Source: an uncultured Fibrobacter sp.
GTDB lineage: Bacteria > Fibrobacterota > Fibrobacteria > Fibrobacterales > Fibrobacteraceae
Reading direction: 5' to 3'
NCBI GenBank assembly: GCA_934691725.1
Contig: CAKUTF010000002.1
Coordinates: forward strand, 34,167 to 66,166
Length of the DNA stretch: 32,000 bases
In this document: piece by piece, positions 16,081-23,805 of the stretch
How positions within the stretch are numbered: position 1 is the first letter of the stretch
Layout of the letters: each line of letters starts with the position of its first letter
The notes under the pieces: generated by a model
Seen by the model: the letters and a program-made list of their open reading frames with translations, nothing else
Database searches by the model: none
What the model was told of the DNA's origin: nothing
Position numbers and translations under genes: made by a program

Positions 16081-16201
16081 GGCTCGCTCCGCGACCAATT
16101 CCTCATTCCTCATTTTCTTACCCGTCCGCGAAATATTCCCTCATCCCTAGTCCCCAAGAGCTTAAACGTCCACGGTTCTAAGCTCTCAGTTCTATCGACT
16201 A
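16081..16201 (-). repeat. heptanucleotide NAG-N4 array plus conserved core, sense on minus strand
   Basis: The minus strand, read from the TAG stop of the GGGPS-like gene, gives: tagtcga tagaact gagagct tagaacc gtggacg tttaagc tcttggg ... tagggat gagggaa ... gaggaat gaggaat tggtcgc g gagcgag cc. The plus strand here is G-poor, so composition flips at 16080/16081. Confidence 0.8.
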
Positions 16202-16957
16202 AGCTCTGACATGGATGGCATTCGCAAATTCGCGGAGAAGCCCCGGATCCTTCACTTTTTCCCAAAGCGTTCCTGTCACAATAATCTGCGCACCGGCGGA
16301 AACACGCACGGAAGCCGCTTCGGGTTCCCGGATTCCTCCCCCGGTGATAATCGTCATCTGTGTTGCCTTTCGCGTATAGGCGATATGCTCTACCGGAACC
16401 GGCGTCTCGGCACCGGAGCCTGCTTCAAGATAGACGTAACGCATTCCCATCAACTCCGCGGCGACAGAATGCACCATCGAGAGCTTCGGCTTGTTCGACG
16501 GAACGGGCATCGTGTTGCTGATATATTCCACGGCTGTGCGTTTTCCGCTGCTGATAAGCTCGTATGCCGTCGGAATCGCTTCGATGCCTAGAGACCTCAC
16601 CAGAACGCCTCCGCGGACCTGTTCGTCAATCAGATAGTTCGGGTTGCGGCCCGTCACAAGCGTCGTAAAAAGAATCGCGTCAAAGCCGGGAACCACCTGG
16701 GACGCTCCGCCCGGAAAGAGGATAACCGGAAGCGGGACCTCCTTTTTCAGTGCCAAAACCTGGGACGGAAGCTTGAAATTTCCCATGAACGATCCACCGA
16801 CGAGAAGCACATCCGCTCCGTTTTCGGCAGCAAGCGTTCCCGCTTTGAGGAGGGACGTGTCGTCCGATGTGTCGGGGTCGAGCAGCACGGCGAACAACGC
16901 GCCGCGCCTTTCGATAGCCTCGTTCAAGGCGGTTTCGGTCTTACCTATTTTAAGCAT
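16199..16957 (-). CDS. geranylgeranylglyceryl phosphate synthase family protein (GGGPS/PcrB family prenyltransferase)
   Basis: 252 aa, counting from the internal ATG at 16957 (MLKIGKTE...). Family blocks present: LLDPD, GADVLLVGGS, PVILFPGG, DAILFTTLVTGRNPNYLI, YVYLEAGSGAETPVP, IITGGGIR, IIVTGT. The 73-codon upstream extension in the ORF track is Arg/Ser/Cys-rich and overlaps the preceding gene, so I reject it. Confidence 0.87.
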   Translation of the reverse strand: MLKIGKTETALNEAIERRGALFAVLLDPDTSDDTSLLKAGTLAAENGADVLLVGGSFMGNFKLPSQVLALKKEVPLPVILFPGGASQVVPGFDAILFTTLVTGRNPNYLIDEQVRGGVLVRSLGIEAIPTAYELISSGKRTAVEYISNTMPVPSNKPKLSMVHSVAAELMGMRYVYLEAGSGAETPVPVEHIAYTRKATQMTIITGGGIREPEAASVRVSAGAQIIVTGTLWEKVKDPGLLREFANAIHVRA

Positions 16958-16985
16958 AGCGAAAATATAGGAAAGACTTGTCCCG

Positions 16986-19900
16986 TTACTTGCTCTTTTT
17001 ACGGCGAACGCCCCATTTGTCGCGCATCTCTTCCTGCACTTTCTTCTGCTTGTAGCGCACGACCAGTTTGAACTCGACGATATACACGCCGGAACCGACC
17101 AGGCGCCCCGAATGGTCCTTGTAGTTCCAGTTGACGAAGACTTTCTTATCCGTCGTGAGGCAGTTTCTTCCCGCACCGAATGCCGGGCTGTTGCACGGAA
17201 TGTTGAATGTCGTATCCGTCACGTATTGTCCTAGGTTGTCAAAGTAGCTCACGCTGAAATTCACGAAGACGTCACCCGGGTCGATGCTATCGAGGACAGC
17301 CGCATCGTAATTTCCGTCCGCATCGAGTTTCGCACCGTCAATGAGCTGGGGAACAAAGCGTTCGCCGAGAGAAATCAGATGCCCGAGCGTTCCTTCGTCG
17401 CGAAGGTCCGAAGTCCGCGTCTGGTTCGGCACGTAGGAAATGGAAACCGAGTTCAGCGTACTGGTGATGTATTTTTCCGGATCATAGGATCCCATCTTGA
17501 CGGATTCCACCAGCTTTCCGAGAAGCCCGCCGATAACCACGGGAGATGCGTTTTCAACCGTCTTGTTGCCGTAGATATCCGCAATGGAAGATTTTTCTCC
17601 GCGAACGACCAGGAGAGAATCCCCGGGCACGATGCCGTCCGTCGATTCGCGCAGCACAAGGCGCACCGACTTGCCGTCTGCCGCCCAGAGCATCCGGGAA
17701 GGCCGAATATCAATCGTATCGTTTCCATGGATGTAGGCGAAGAAGTCGTTTCCGACAAGCGAAGAATAATCGACCGGTTCAGAGAACGAAACCGTGAGCG
17801 TATCGCGGGAATCGCCGTAGCGGAGCGAAGCCGCCGTGACAACCGGAGCCATCTTGTCCGCAATTGCGATTGTCTGCTGCGCAACAAAGGTGTTCCCGAA
17901 AATATCGTAGTAGGTGTAGAGCGTTGCCGCAGGAACATTCGAACCGATGCTAGTCAAGCCCGGAGCGACATTGACATTGCTTCGGACCACCCATCCGACG
18001 CTCTTCCCGTCCGCGCCCAGAATCAGGTCGCGCGGCTGCGCCTGGAGTTCGATCAAAAGCCCACGGGAACTATACCACGGGAACGAGAAGTAGAAGTTTT
18101 CAACGTCTTCCGCCGTCACCTTCGAAGAGAACCTAACCGCAACGGAATCGAGCTTGCCGTCACCGTCCGTATCGTAATACTCGACCATTTCCGCTGCCGG
18201 ATAGCGATCCGTCACTTTTACAGGGACCTGGCGTTCGTATTCCGAAGTCGCGATGTAGGAAAGATTGTGGAACGAAGCTCCCGGAGCGAGCGTCACAAAG
18301 TCCGTCCGTCCGTTGAGACCTAGCGAATCGCCAACCAGAATGATAAGATTTTTCGTCGGCAGGTAAATCTTGACCGCATCCAGGTCAAAGCCCATCGCAT
18401 TCAGCCACACGACCATCTCGGGACTGTTCAGGTCCGCAGGGATGACATCGATATTAAACTCGACGAAAAGCGAATCCCTGCCCGTCTTGTTACGAATCGC
18501 ATAGGCCTGCTTGATGACATGTGAGCCGAGGAGGAGGAGGTTCGTGCTGCGGTTATAGTTCGCACCGGTCTCTTCGCTCGTATAGGTCACGATAACCCGA
18601 GCGTTGTCCGGGAAGCGGTCCCCGGAAAGCCCGAGTTCCGCGGCGCTCGCATAGATTCTCGACCCGGATACGGTCAGCGCACCGGAAAGCGGAAGCGTGT
18701 CACCGTTTACGACCAGGGCAAGTCCCGTCGCCGAAAGCCCCGCGGGAACCGTATCGGAGAGAATCACTTCCAGGGAATCCAAAAGACCGTCATCGTCCGC
18801 ATCCTGGATGTAAGCGACTTCCGCCTTGGGAATCGGGTCGTAGAAATTGATGCCGTCAAAGATGATCAGATGACCGTCCTTGTCGGTAATGTAGATGCTT
18901 CCCACGAGAACTGTCGTGTCTGCGGAAACCCAGAACGACTGGTCCTTCCCGGTAACGCCGATGGAAATGTTCGACGCCGGCGCATCCGTATTGGAAGGAT
19001 CCTTGAAAATCAGCCCCGCGGAACCGGAGATGTAGAGCGAATCCGCATCGCCGAAGTAATCGCGAATCTTATCCGCATCGAGCTTGATTTCGATAACATC
19101 GCCGACACTGACCGATTCGCGTCCGCTAGCAGGAATCGAATCGGAGCCGTAGCTAGGCAGATCCGTCGATTGGGAATTGCCTCCAGTCACATAGGTGTTC
19201 CCGTTGATGATAACCGTTCCCGGAACAGAGGAATCCGCAGGAATCGGGATAAGCTTGGAACCGCCGATGATAAGGGTATCTCCCTTGTCGCGCTTGTCGT
19301 TTGTCGGGTAGAGGTCCGAACCGTCCTGGTTTTCCGAACCTTCTTCGCCAAATCCTTCATAGACCGTGGTGTCCGTAACCCAAGGCGGAATCCATTCGTC
19401 TCCGCCACCCTTTACCGAGCTGGAGGAATTGTTACCTGTGCCGCTCGAAGAGCCCGGATTTTCCCCGCCAGCGGAACTCGAAGAATTGCCGCTACCACCG
19501 CCATTCGAAGAACTCGAACCGGCGTCTCCCGAACCGGAAGAGTTGCCCGCACCGCTCGAAGAGCCCGGATTTTCCCCGCCAGCGGAACTCGAAGAATTGC
19601 CGCTACCGCCGCCATTCGAAGAACTCGAATTCTTGCCGTCATTGCTGGAGGAGCTTAGGTCGGAATTCCCCGAACTTGAAGATTTAGACCCCGAGCCGCC
19701 GATTGAACTGGAAGATTTACCCGAACTCGAAGATTCATGGAAAACGTTTGCGCTGGACGAGCTTCTGGAACTCGAAGAAACCAGCGTCCCCGGATTCGTC
19801 GTCGCCGAGTGGCGGTTGGAACCCGCCCCGGCAATCGGAGCGAGGTCATCCAGATAGTTATCAATCCACTGAACATGCAGGAGGATGTTGTTATCGATCA

Positions 19901-20984
19901 GCTTGTTCGGGTTCGATGTGTAATCGAGGAAAATCAGATGCCCGGAATTCGAAGCGACAAAGATATGCCCCTTGTGGTCGGCTGTCCCCTGGTCCAAAAG
20001 CCAGCGGATTTCATTGGTTCCGCTAATCGCATAGCCCTTGGTTTCGGCCCAGTTCGCCGAAAAGCTTCCTGTCATCTTGTCATCGTAAAACAGATACTTT
20101 CGCAAATCGACGTCCGCAATCACCTTGCGCGTTTTCGGGTCTATCTGCACAATGTGGGAATCGCCGAACAGGAGAATCGTATTCGAATATTCGTCAAAGC
20201 TCGCTCCGTGCGCGCCTTTCAGCGAATCGATCAGCGTCTTGGTCTTTAATCCGGTGATGTACTTAGCCGGGCATGGCCTCGTATTGACACTGCAGGTCGT
20301 ATCCGTGATGATTCCAAACTGGGCATTGCTGTTCGAATTGCGGGAAATCGTTCCCAAGTTGCTCGAACGCGTATAGAACGCCTGTCCGGAATTGTCCCAG
20401 AGGAGCGTCGTGATGTTAGACACGGAGCCATAGACATTTACCCGGCGAATCTTGCTCAGGCGATCCGATGTCGTCGAATCCGTTTCATATAAAATCAGGT
20501 TTCCCGGAATGCCCGCCGACCAGAGAACCGTATTGTCCGGATTCATCATCAGGTGGAAAGTCGAAGCACCGACTCCCGAAGAAACGGTTTTTGCGATACA
20601 CTTCGACGAAAGCGTATCCGTCGCATTCATCTTGACTTTGTAGATTTCATTGTAGTCCTGCCCGGCGACAAGAAGATCGCCGTCCGGATGGTGCACGATG
20701 CCGTCCGCACCGGGAGTTCTACAAAGCAGTCTCTTGTTGGAAAGCTTGAGGTAGCCGTTACCGTCATAGTAATAGTCGAGAGCCTTGGCGCTCTGCTGCT
20801 GAGAATAACGCGTGTAATAGACGGTTTCCTTAGTGCTCGCCGAAGGATACAGGTCGCCTACCTGCTGGATCCAGACGCCTGTCGCAGGGTTGTAGGGGGT
20901 ATTGATAGCCGGGTCCGCATAGACAAACGCGGAAAGGAACGGGACTAGTCCCAAAGCGCAAAATACTTGTTTAATCTTTTTCAT
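16986..20984 (-). CDS. giant secreted protein: N-terminal propeller-like region, Ser/Gly-rich linker, Ig-like/Ca-binding modules, conserved basic C-terminal domain
   Basis: 1332 aa.
- Signal peptide MKKIKQVFCALGLVPFLSAFVYA.
- SD GGAGGAGG 8-16 nt upstream of the ATG.
- About 130 aa of S/G/N-rich linker.
- DxDxDG-type loops: DADDDGLLDSLEV and DTDGDGKLDSVAV.
- C-terminus VNWNYKDHSGRLVGSGVYIVEFKL ... KWGVRRKKSK, paralogous to the C-terminus of the 892-aa neighbour. Confidence 0.9.
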   Translation of the reverse strand: MKKIKQVFCALGLVPFLSAFVYADPAINTPYNPATGVWIQQVGDLYPSASTKETVYYTRYSQQQSAKALDYYYDGNGYLKLSNKRLLCRTPGADGIVHHPDGDLLVAGQDYNEIYKVKMNATDTLSSKCIAKTVSSGVGASTFHLMMNPDNTVLWSAGIPGNLILYETDSTTSDRLSKIRRVNVYGSVSNITTLLWDNSGQAFYTRSSNLGTISRNSNSNAQFGIITDTTCSVNTRPCPAKYITGLKTKTLIDSLKGAHGASFDEYSNTILLFGDSHIVQIDPKTRKVIADVDLRKYLFYDDKMTGSFSANWAETKGYAISGTNEIRWLLDQGTADHKGHIFVASNSGHLIFLDYTSNPNKLIDNNILLHVQWIDNYLDDLAPIAGAGSNRHSATTNPGTLVSSSSRSSSSANVFHESSSSGKSSSSIGGSGSKSSSSGNSDLSSSSNDGKNSSSSNGGGSGNSSSSAGGENPGSSSGAGNSSGSGDAGSSSSNGGGSGNSSSSAGGENPGSSSGTGNNSSSSVKGGGDEWIPPWVTDTTVYEGFGEEGSENQDGSDLYPTNDKRDKGDTLIIGGSKLIPIPADSSVPGTVIINGNTYVTGGNSQSTDLPSYGSDSIPASGRESVSVGDVIEIKLDADKIRDYFGDADSLYISGSAGLIFKDPSNTDAPASNISIGVTGKDQSFWVSADTTVLVGSIYITDKDGHLIIFDGINFYDPIPKAEVAYIQDADDDGLLDSLEVILSDTVPAGLSATGLALVVNGDTLPLSGALTVSGSRIYASAAELGLSGDRFPDNARVIVTYTSEETGANYNRSTNLLLLGSHVIKQAYAIRNKTGRDSLFVEFNIDVIPADLNSPEMVVWLNAMGFDLDAVKIYLPTKNLIILVGDSLGLNGRTDFVTLAPGASFHNLSYIATSEYERQVPVKVTDRYPAAEMVEYYDTDGDGKLDSVAVRFSSKVTAEDVENFYFSFPWYSSRGLLIELQAQPRDLILGADGKSVGWVVRSNVNVAPGLTSIGSNVPAATLYTYYDIFGNTFVAQQTIAIADKMAPVVTAASLRYGDSRDTLTVSFSEPVDYSSLVGNDFFAYIHGNDTIDIRPSRMLWAADGKSVRLVLRESTDGIVPGDSLLVVRGEKSSIADIYGNKTVENASPVVIGGLLGKLVESVKMGSYDPEKYITSTLNSVSISYVPNQTRTSDLRDEGTLGHLISLGERFVPQLIDGAKLDADGNYDAAVLDSIDPGDVFVNFSVSYFDNLGQYVTDTTFNIPCNSPAFGAGRNCLTTDKKVFVNWNYKDHSGRLVGSGVYIVEFKLVVRYKQKKVQEEMRDKWGVRRKKSK
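19441..19629. repeat. in-frame tandem repeat (period 111 bp) inside the Ser/Gly linker
   Basis: 78 nt at 19441-19518 are repeated at 19552-19629 with a single mismatch (accaccg vs accgccg). They encode SSNGGGSGNSSSSAGGENPGSSSG twice. Confidence 0.92.
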
Positions 20985-21002
20985 AGCGGTATCCTCCTCC
21001 GG

Positions 21003-23681
21003 TTAGTAGTCAAGCGCAAGGTGAGCCTTGCCGCCGTGAACGCCCCATTTGAAGATTTTATCATAGGTATAGGAATGTTTCTGCCCATAGACCTTCAGGT
21101 GGAACTGGACAAGATAGGCGCCTACGCCGACCTTTCGTCCCGAAGCGGAACGCAGATTCCAGCGCAGGTAAAGCCTTTTGGCATTGTCAAAGCAGTTTCC
21201 GGCAAAGTCGGGATCGTCGCACCGAATCTTCCCGTGGCCGCCGGCGACAAAATTTCCCAGATTCGTATAAACTTCCATCGACCAGTTCAAACCGACCTTT
21301 TCCAAGTCCAGGCTTTCGCCCGTCGAATCGTCAAAGATTGTCGCAAAGGCGATATCGAGCATCACGCCAAGCGATCCTTCCATCGCCTTTCCGGTCGAAG
21401 TTCCCTTCGGAAGCAGACGCTCGGTAAAGGCAGGACCGTCCGTATCAAGTCCCGCACGATCGACTGCGGCAATCGAAGCGGTTTCCATCACGACTCGCGG
21501 ATCTCCTTCAACGCCGACCAGACGGGAATTGTTCCCGACAAAATTTCCCCGAACGTCCGAAACCGCCGAAGCGACGATGAACAGGGAATCGTTCGGGTTG
21601 GCACGGGACAAAAGCTTTTCTCCCGACGCGACAGAAAGGCGCACTTCCGTACGGTTCTCGTTCCAGTCCGCTTGGGAAAAGTCGAAGAAAACGGTGTCGC
21701 CGCCGATGACAAACCCGAGGAAATTCGCATTGGAAATTTCGCTCACGTCGATTGCCTCGGAAAATTTCACGGTCAAGCAGTCCGCTTTGCGGCTGTTCCG
21801 CGATTCGGGCGAAAGGAACGTGGAACGGATTACCGGAGGAATCCGATCGTTCATGTCGAGATACTGGAACGCGGCAACGGTATCCCCGTTTACGACGGAA
21901 ACGTTTTCAAGGGCCGCATAACCGTAACTTCTGGATTCATCGATGGATGTAAGGCCTTTTTGGACTTTTGCCTGTTCCGATTCGGAAAGCTTGTAGGAAA
22001 CCATCTTGCCGTCCTTGGAAATCACCAAATCCTTAGACGGAGGCGAAATAATCAGCTCGTTTCCGGCGGAATCCTTCCAGAAGAACTGGAGCCGCATATT
22101 TTCAAGGTCTTCGGCGGTAATCGGATTTTCAAATCCCACCGTCACCGAATCCATCCGCCCGTCCGCATCGGAATCGAAAAATCCGTTGTTCTCGTTCGAA
22201 AGATAAACCCGTCCCGCATTCGTCACCTTCGCAGGCAAGTTGAACGTCGCAACGTTTCCGTCGGCGGTCACAAGCCCGAGATCACCTAGCCCCGAAACGA
22301 CGGAAAGGGAATCCCCGACTTTCACCGTCCCCGAAACAGTCGTCACCGTCCAGCGTTTGCCGTTTTTCGAAAGCGCTTCGATCCGAACCTTGTCGCCATT
22401 CGAAAGCCGCAGCACGGAACCAGCCGAGAATGCGGTATCCAACGCCTTGTTGAAATCGAGAACAAGCGTATCGCGCGCCCCGGAAACGCCTTCGATAAGC
22501 GTCGCCTTGAGGATTACGGGACCGATTCTGTCTTCCAGGACGGTCGAAAGTCCCGCCGACGTTCCGCTCAGCCTCGACTTGACAAAGACTTCCAGTTCAC
22601 CGTTCCCGAGCGTTTCGGAAAGCGATGTTTTCACATCGAGCAGTTCCATCCGTCCGCCGTTCAGGCTGCGCTTGTATTCGCCAGAAAACTCCTTTCGGGA
22701 AGCGCCGTTCGGGAAGATGTAAAAGATGCTGTCCCACGAAACGGAATCCGTCTTGCCCGAAAAATACGCGATGACGCTGTCGCCCTTGCCGTCGCCGTCC
22801 GCATCATAGATAAAGGCGCTGTCGAGAGTCGGCAGATAAGGATTTTCAAACGCGAACTTTCCCGGGAAAACCTCTTCCACAAAGAAAGTCGAATCCGAAG
22901 GATTGACAAGTCCCTTCGAAACAAAGCTCGCCCCGGAAACCGCCCCCGCCGAGCGAACCGAAAAATGCCCGACGCCTTTTTCTAAGATGACCCTATCCGT
23001 CGAATCGCCGGCAAGCGTCGTGAACATCAAACTTTCCGCACCGCGAATCGGTTCCAGATAAAAGGCGCGCTTGTTAATCGTCGTATCCGTCTTTCCGGCT
23101 GAAGGCCCCACGGGTATCACCGCGCGAACAGTCACCGTCATCGACGAATCCACCGGGAGCGAAAGCCTAGTCGTCGAATCGATGACAACCGTATCGCCCT
23201 GGGCATTCACATAGGAATATTCTAGACGCGGGACATAGAACGTATAATAGCGGAACACGACAGGCGCAGCACTTTCGCTCACCTGCATCCCGAGCGGAAG
23301 ATTTTTTACCGGAAAACGCGAAGAGACCTTGGCATAGAAAAATCCCCGGACAGAATCCGAAGTGACCTTTGCTGTCGGATGCGAAAGCTCCGTCGAAGAG
23401 CAGGCAGTCGTTCCCGAGGCATAATCCTTTTCGCACGGATTCAAAGTCAAGGAATCGTTCGCCGCATAAACCAGGAAATCCGCCGAACGGATTGCCTTCG
23501 AAGTGTCCGCGATATTTTCGGATTCGGGAACCGTCCACAGATAGGCGACAAGCGACGTATAAATCGAATAGTAGCCGCACTTCCCCGCTTCGGGGCACGT
23601 ATTCCCAAAAGCCATCGCCACTAGAAACAGTGCGATACCGAGAACCTGTGCAGGCAACAATTTAAGCGTCCGATAGAACAT
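21003..23681 (-). CDS. large secreted protein, paralog of the 1332-aa neighbour (Ig-like/Ca-binding modules and the same C-terminal domain)
   Basis: 892 aa. Signal peptide. DxDxDG-type loops DADGDGKGDSVIAYFSG and DSDADGRMDSVTVGFEN. C-terminus LRWNLRSASGRKVGVGAYLVQFHL ... KWGVHGG. The 440-aa plus-strand ORF opposite it is an Arg-rich shadow frame. Confidence 0.9.
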   Translation of the reverse strand: MFYRTLKLLPAQVLGIALFLVAMAFGNTCPEAGKCGYYSIYTSLVAYLWTVPESENIADTSKAIRSADFLVYAANDSLTLNPCEKDYASGTTACSSTELSHPTAKVTSDSVRGFFYAKVSSRFPVKNLPLGMQVSESAAPVVFRYYTFYVPRLEYSYVNAQGDTVVIDSTTRLSLPVDSSMTVTVRAVIPVGPSAGKTDTTINKRAFYLEPIRGAESLMFTTLAGDSTDRVILEKGVGHFSVRSAGAVSGASFVSKGLVNPSDSTFFVEEVFPGKFAFENPYLPTLDSAFIYDADGDGKGDSVIAYFSGKTDSVSWDSIFYIFPNGASRKEFSGEYKRSLNGGRMELLDVKTSLSETLGNGELEVFVKSRLSGTSAGLSTVLEDRIGPVILKATLIEGVSGARDTLVLDFNKALDTAFSAGSVLRLSNGDKVRIEALSKNGKRWTVTTVSGTVKVGDSLSVVSGLGDLGLVTADGNVATFNLPAKVTNAGRVYLSNENNGFFDSDADGRMDSVTVGFENPITAEDLENMRLQFFWKDSAGNELIISPPSKDLVISKDGKMVSYKLSESEQAKVQKGLTSIDESRSYGYAALENVSVVNGDTVAAFQYLDMNDRIPPVIRSTFLSPESRNSRKADCLTVKFSEAIDVSEISNANFLGFVIGGDTVFFDFSQADWNENRTEVRLSVASGEKLLSRANPNDSLFIVASAVSDVRGNFVGNNSRLVGVEGDPRVVMETASIAAVDRAGLDTDGPAFTERLLPKGTSTGKAMEGSLGVMLDIAFATIFDDSTGESLDLEKVGLNWSMEVYTNLGNFVAGGHGKIRCDDPDFAGNCFDNAKRLYLRWNLRSASGRKVGVGAYLVQFHLKVYGQKHSYTYDKIFKWGVHGGKAHLALDY

Positions 23682-23805
23682 ACCAGTGTCTCACAGAATA
23701 AGGATAGAACGATGACAATCCTGTCTAGAAAATTAACTTAATAATGACAGAAATGCTCGGATTTTGGCGATGTAAGGATTTTGCAATAGAGCAAGTTGGA
23801 ATAAA

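Noticed and set aside
16075-16094. Possible intrinsic terminator on the minus strand at the junction of the two arrays (TCGC-GGA-GCGA, then GCC TTTTTT).
   Set aside because: The stem is only 4 bp and the U-tract is 3 nt away. That is too weak to call, so it is mentioned only as a candidate.
16121-16155. G-quadruplex potential on the minus strand (GGGG-N4-GGG-N4-GGG-N14-GGG).
   Set aside because: Only three closely spaced G-runs are present, and the fourth needs a 14-nt loop. This is weak and better explained as part of the heptad words.
15814-16201. CRISPR array, or a coding mini-gene, as an explanation for the repetitive spacer.
   Set aside because: The repeat period is 7 nt, not ~60-70 nt with unique spacers. 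Every frame is saturated with stop codons.
16958-17176. 73-codon N-terminal extension of the GGGPS-like ORF (track ORF 16199..17176).
   Set aside because: The extension is Arg/Ser/Cys-rich with no family similarity, and it overlaps the 3' end of the 1332-aa gene. The family-typical N-terminus starts at the internal ATG 16957.
19366-19857. 163-aa plus-strand ORF with a striking PPFEELE / EELPxP repeat.
   Set aside because: It is simply the antisense reading of the Ser/Gly-rich tandem repeat in the 1332-aa gene.
20967-22289. 440-aa plus-strand ORF opposite the 892-aa gene. The same applies to 17379..18323 (314 aa) opposite the 1332-aa gene.
   Set aside because: These are Arg-rich antisense shadows. 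The minus-strand frames carry signal peptides, repeated modules and paralogous C-termini.
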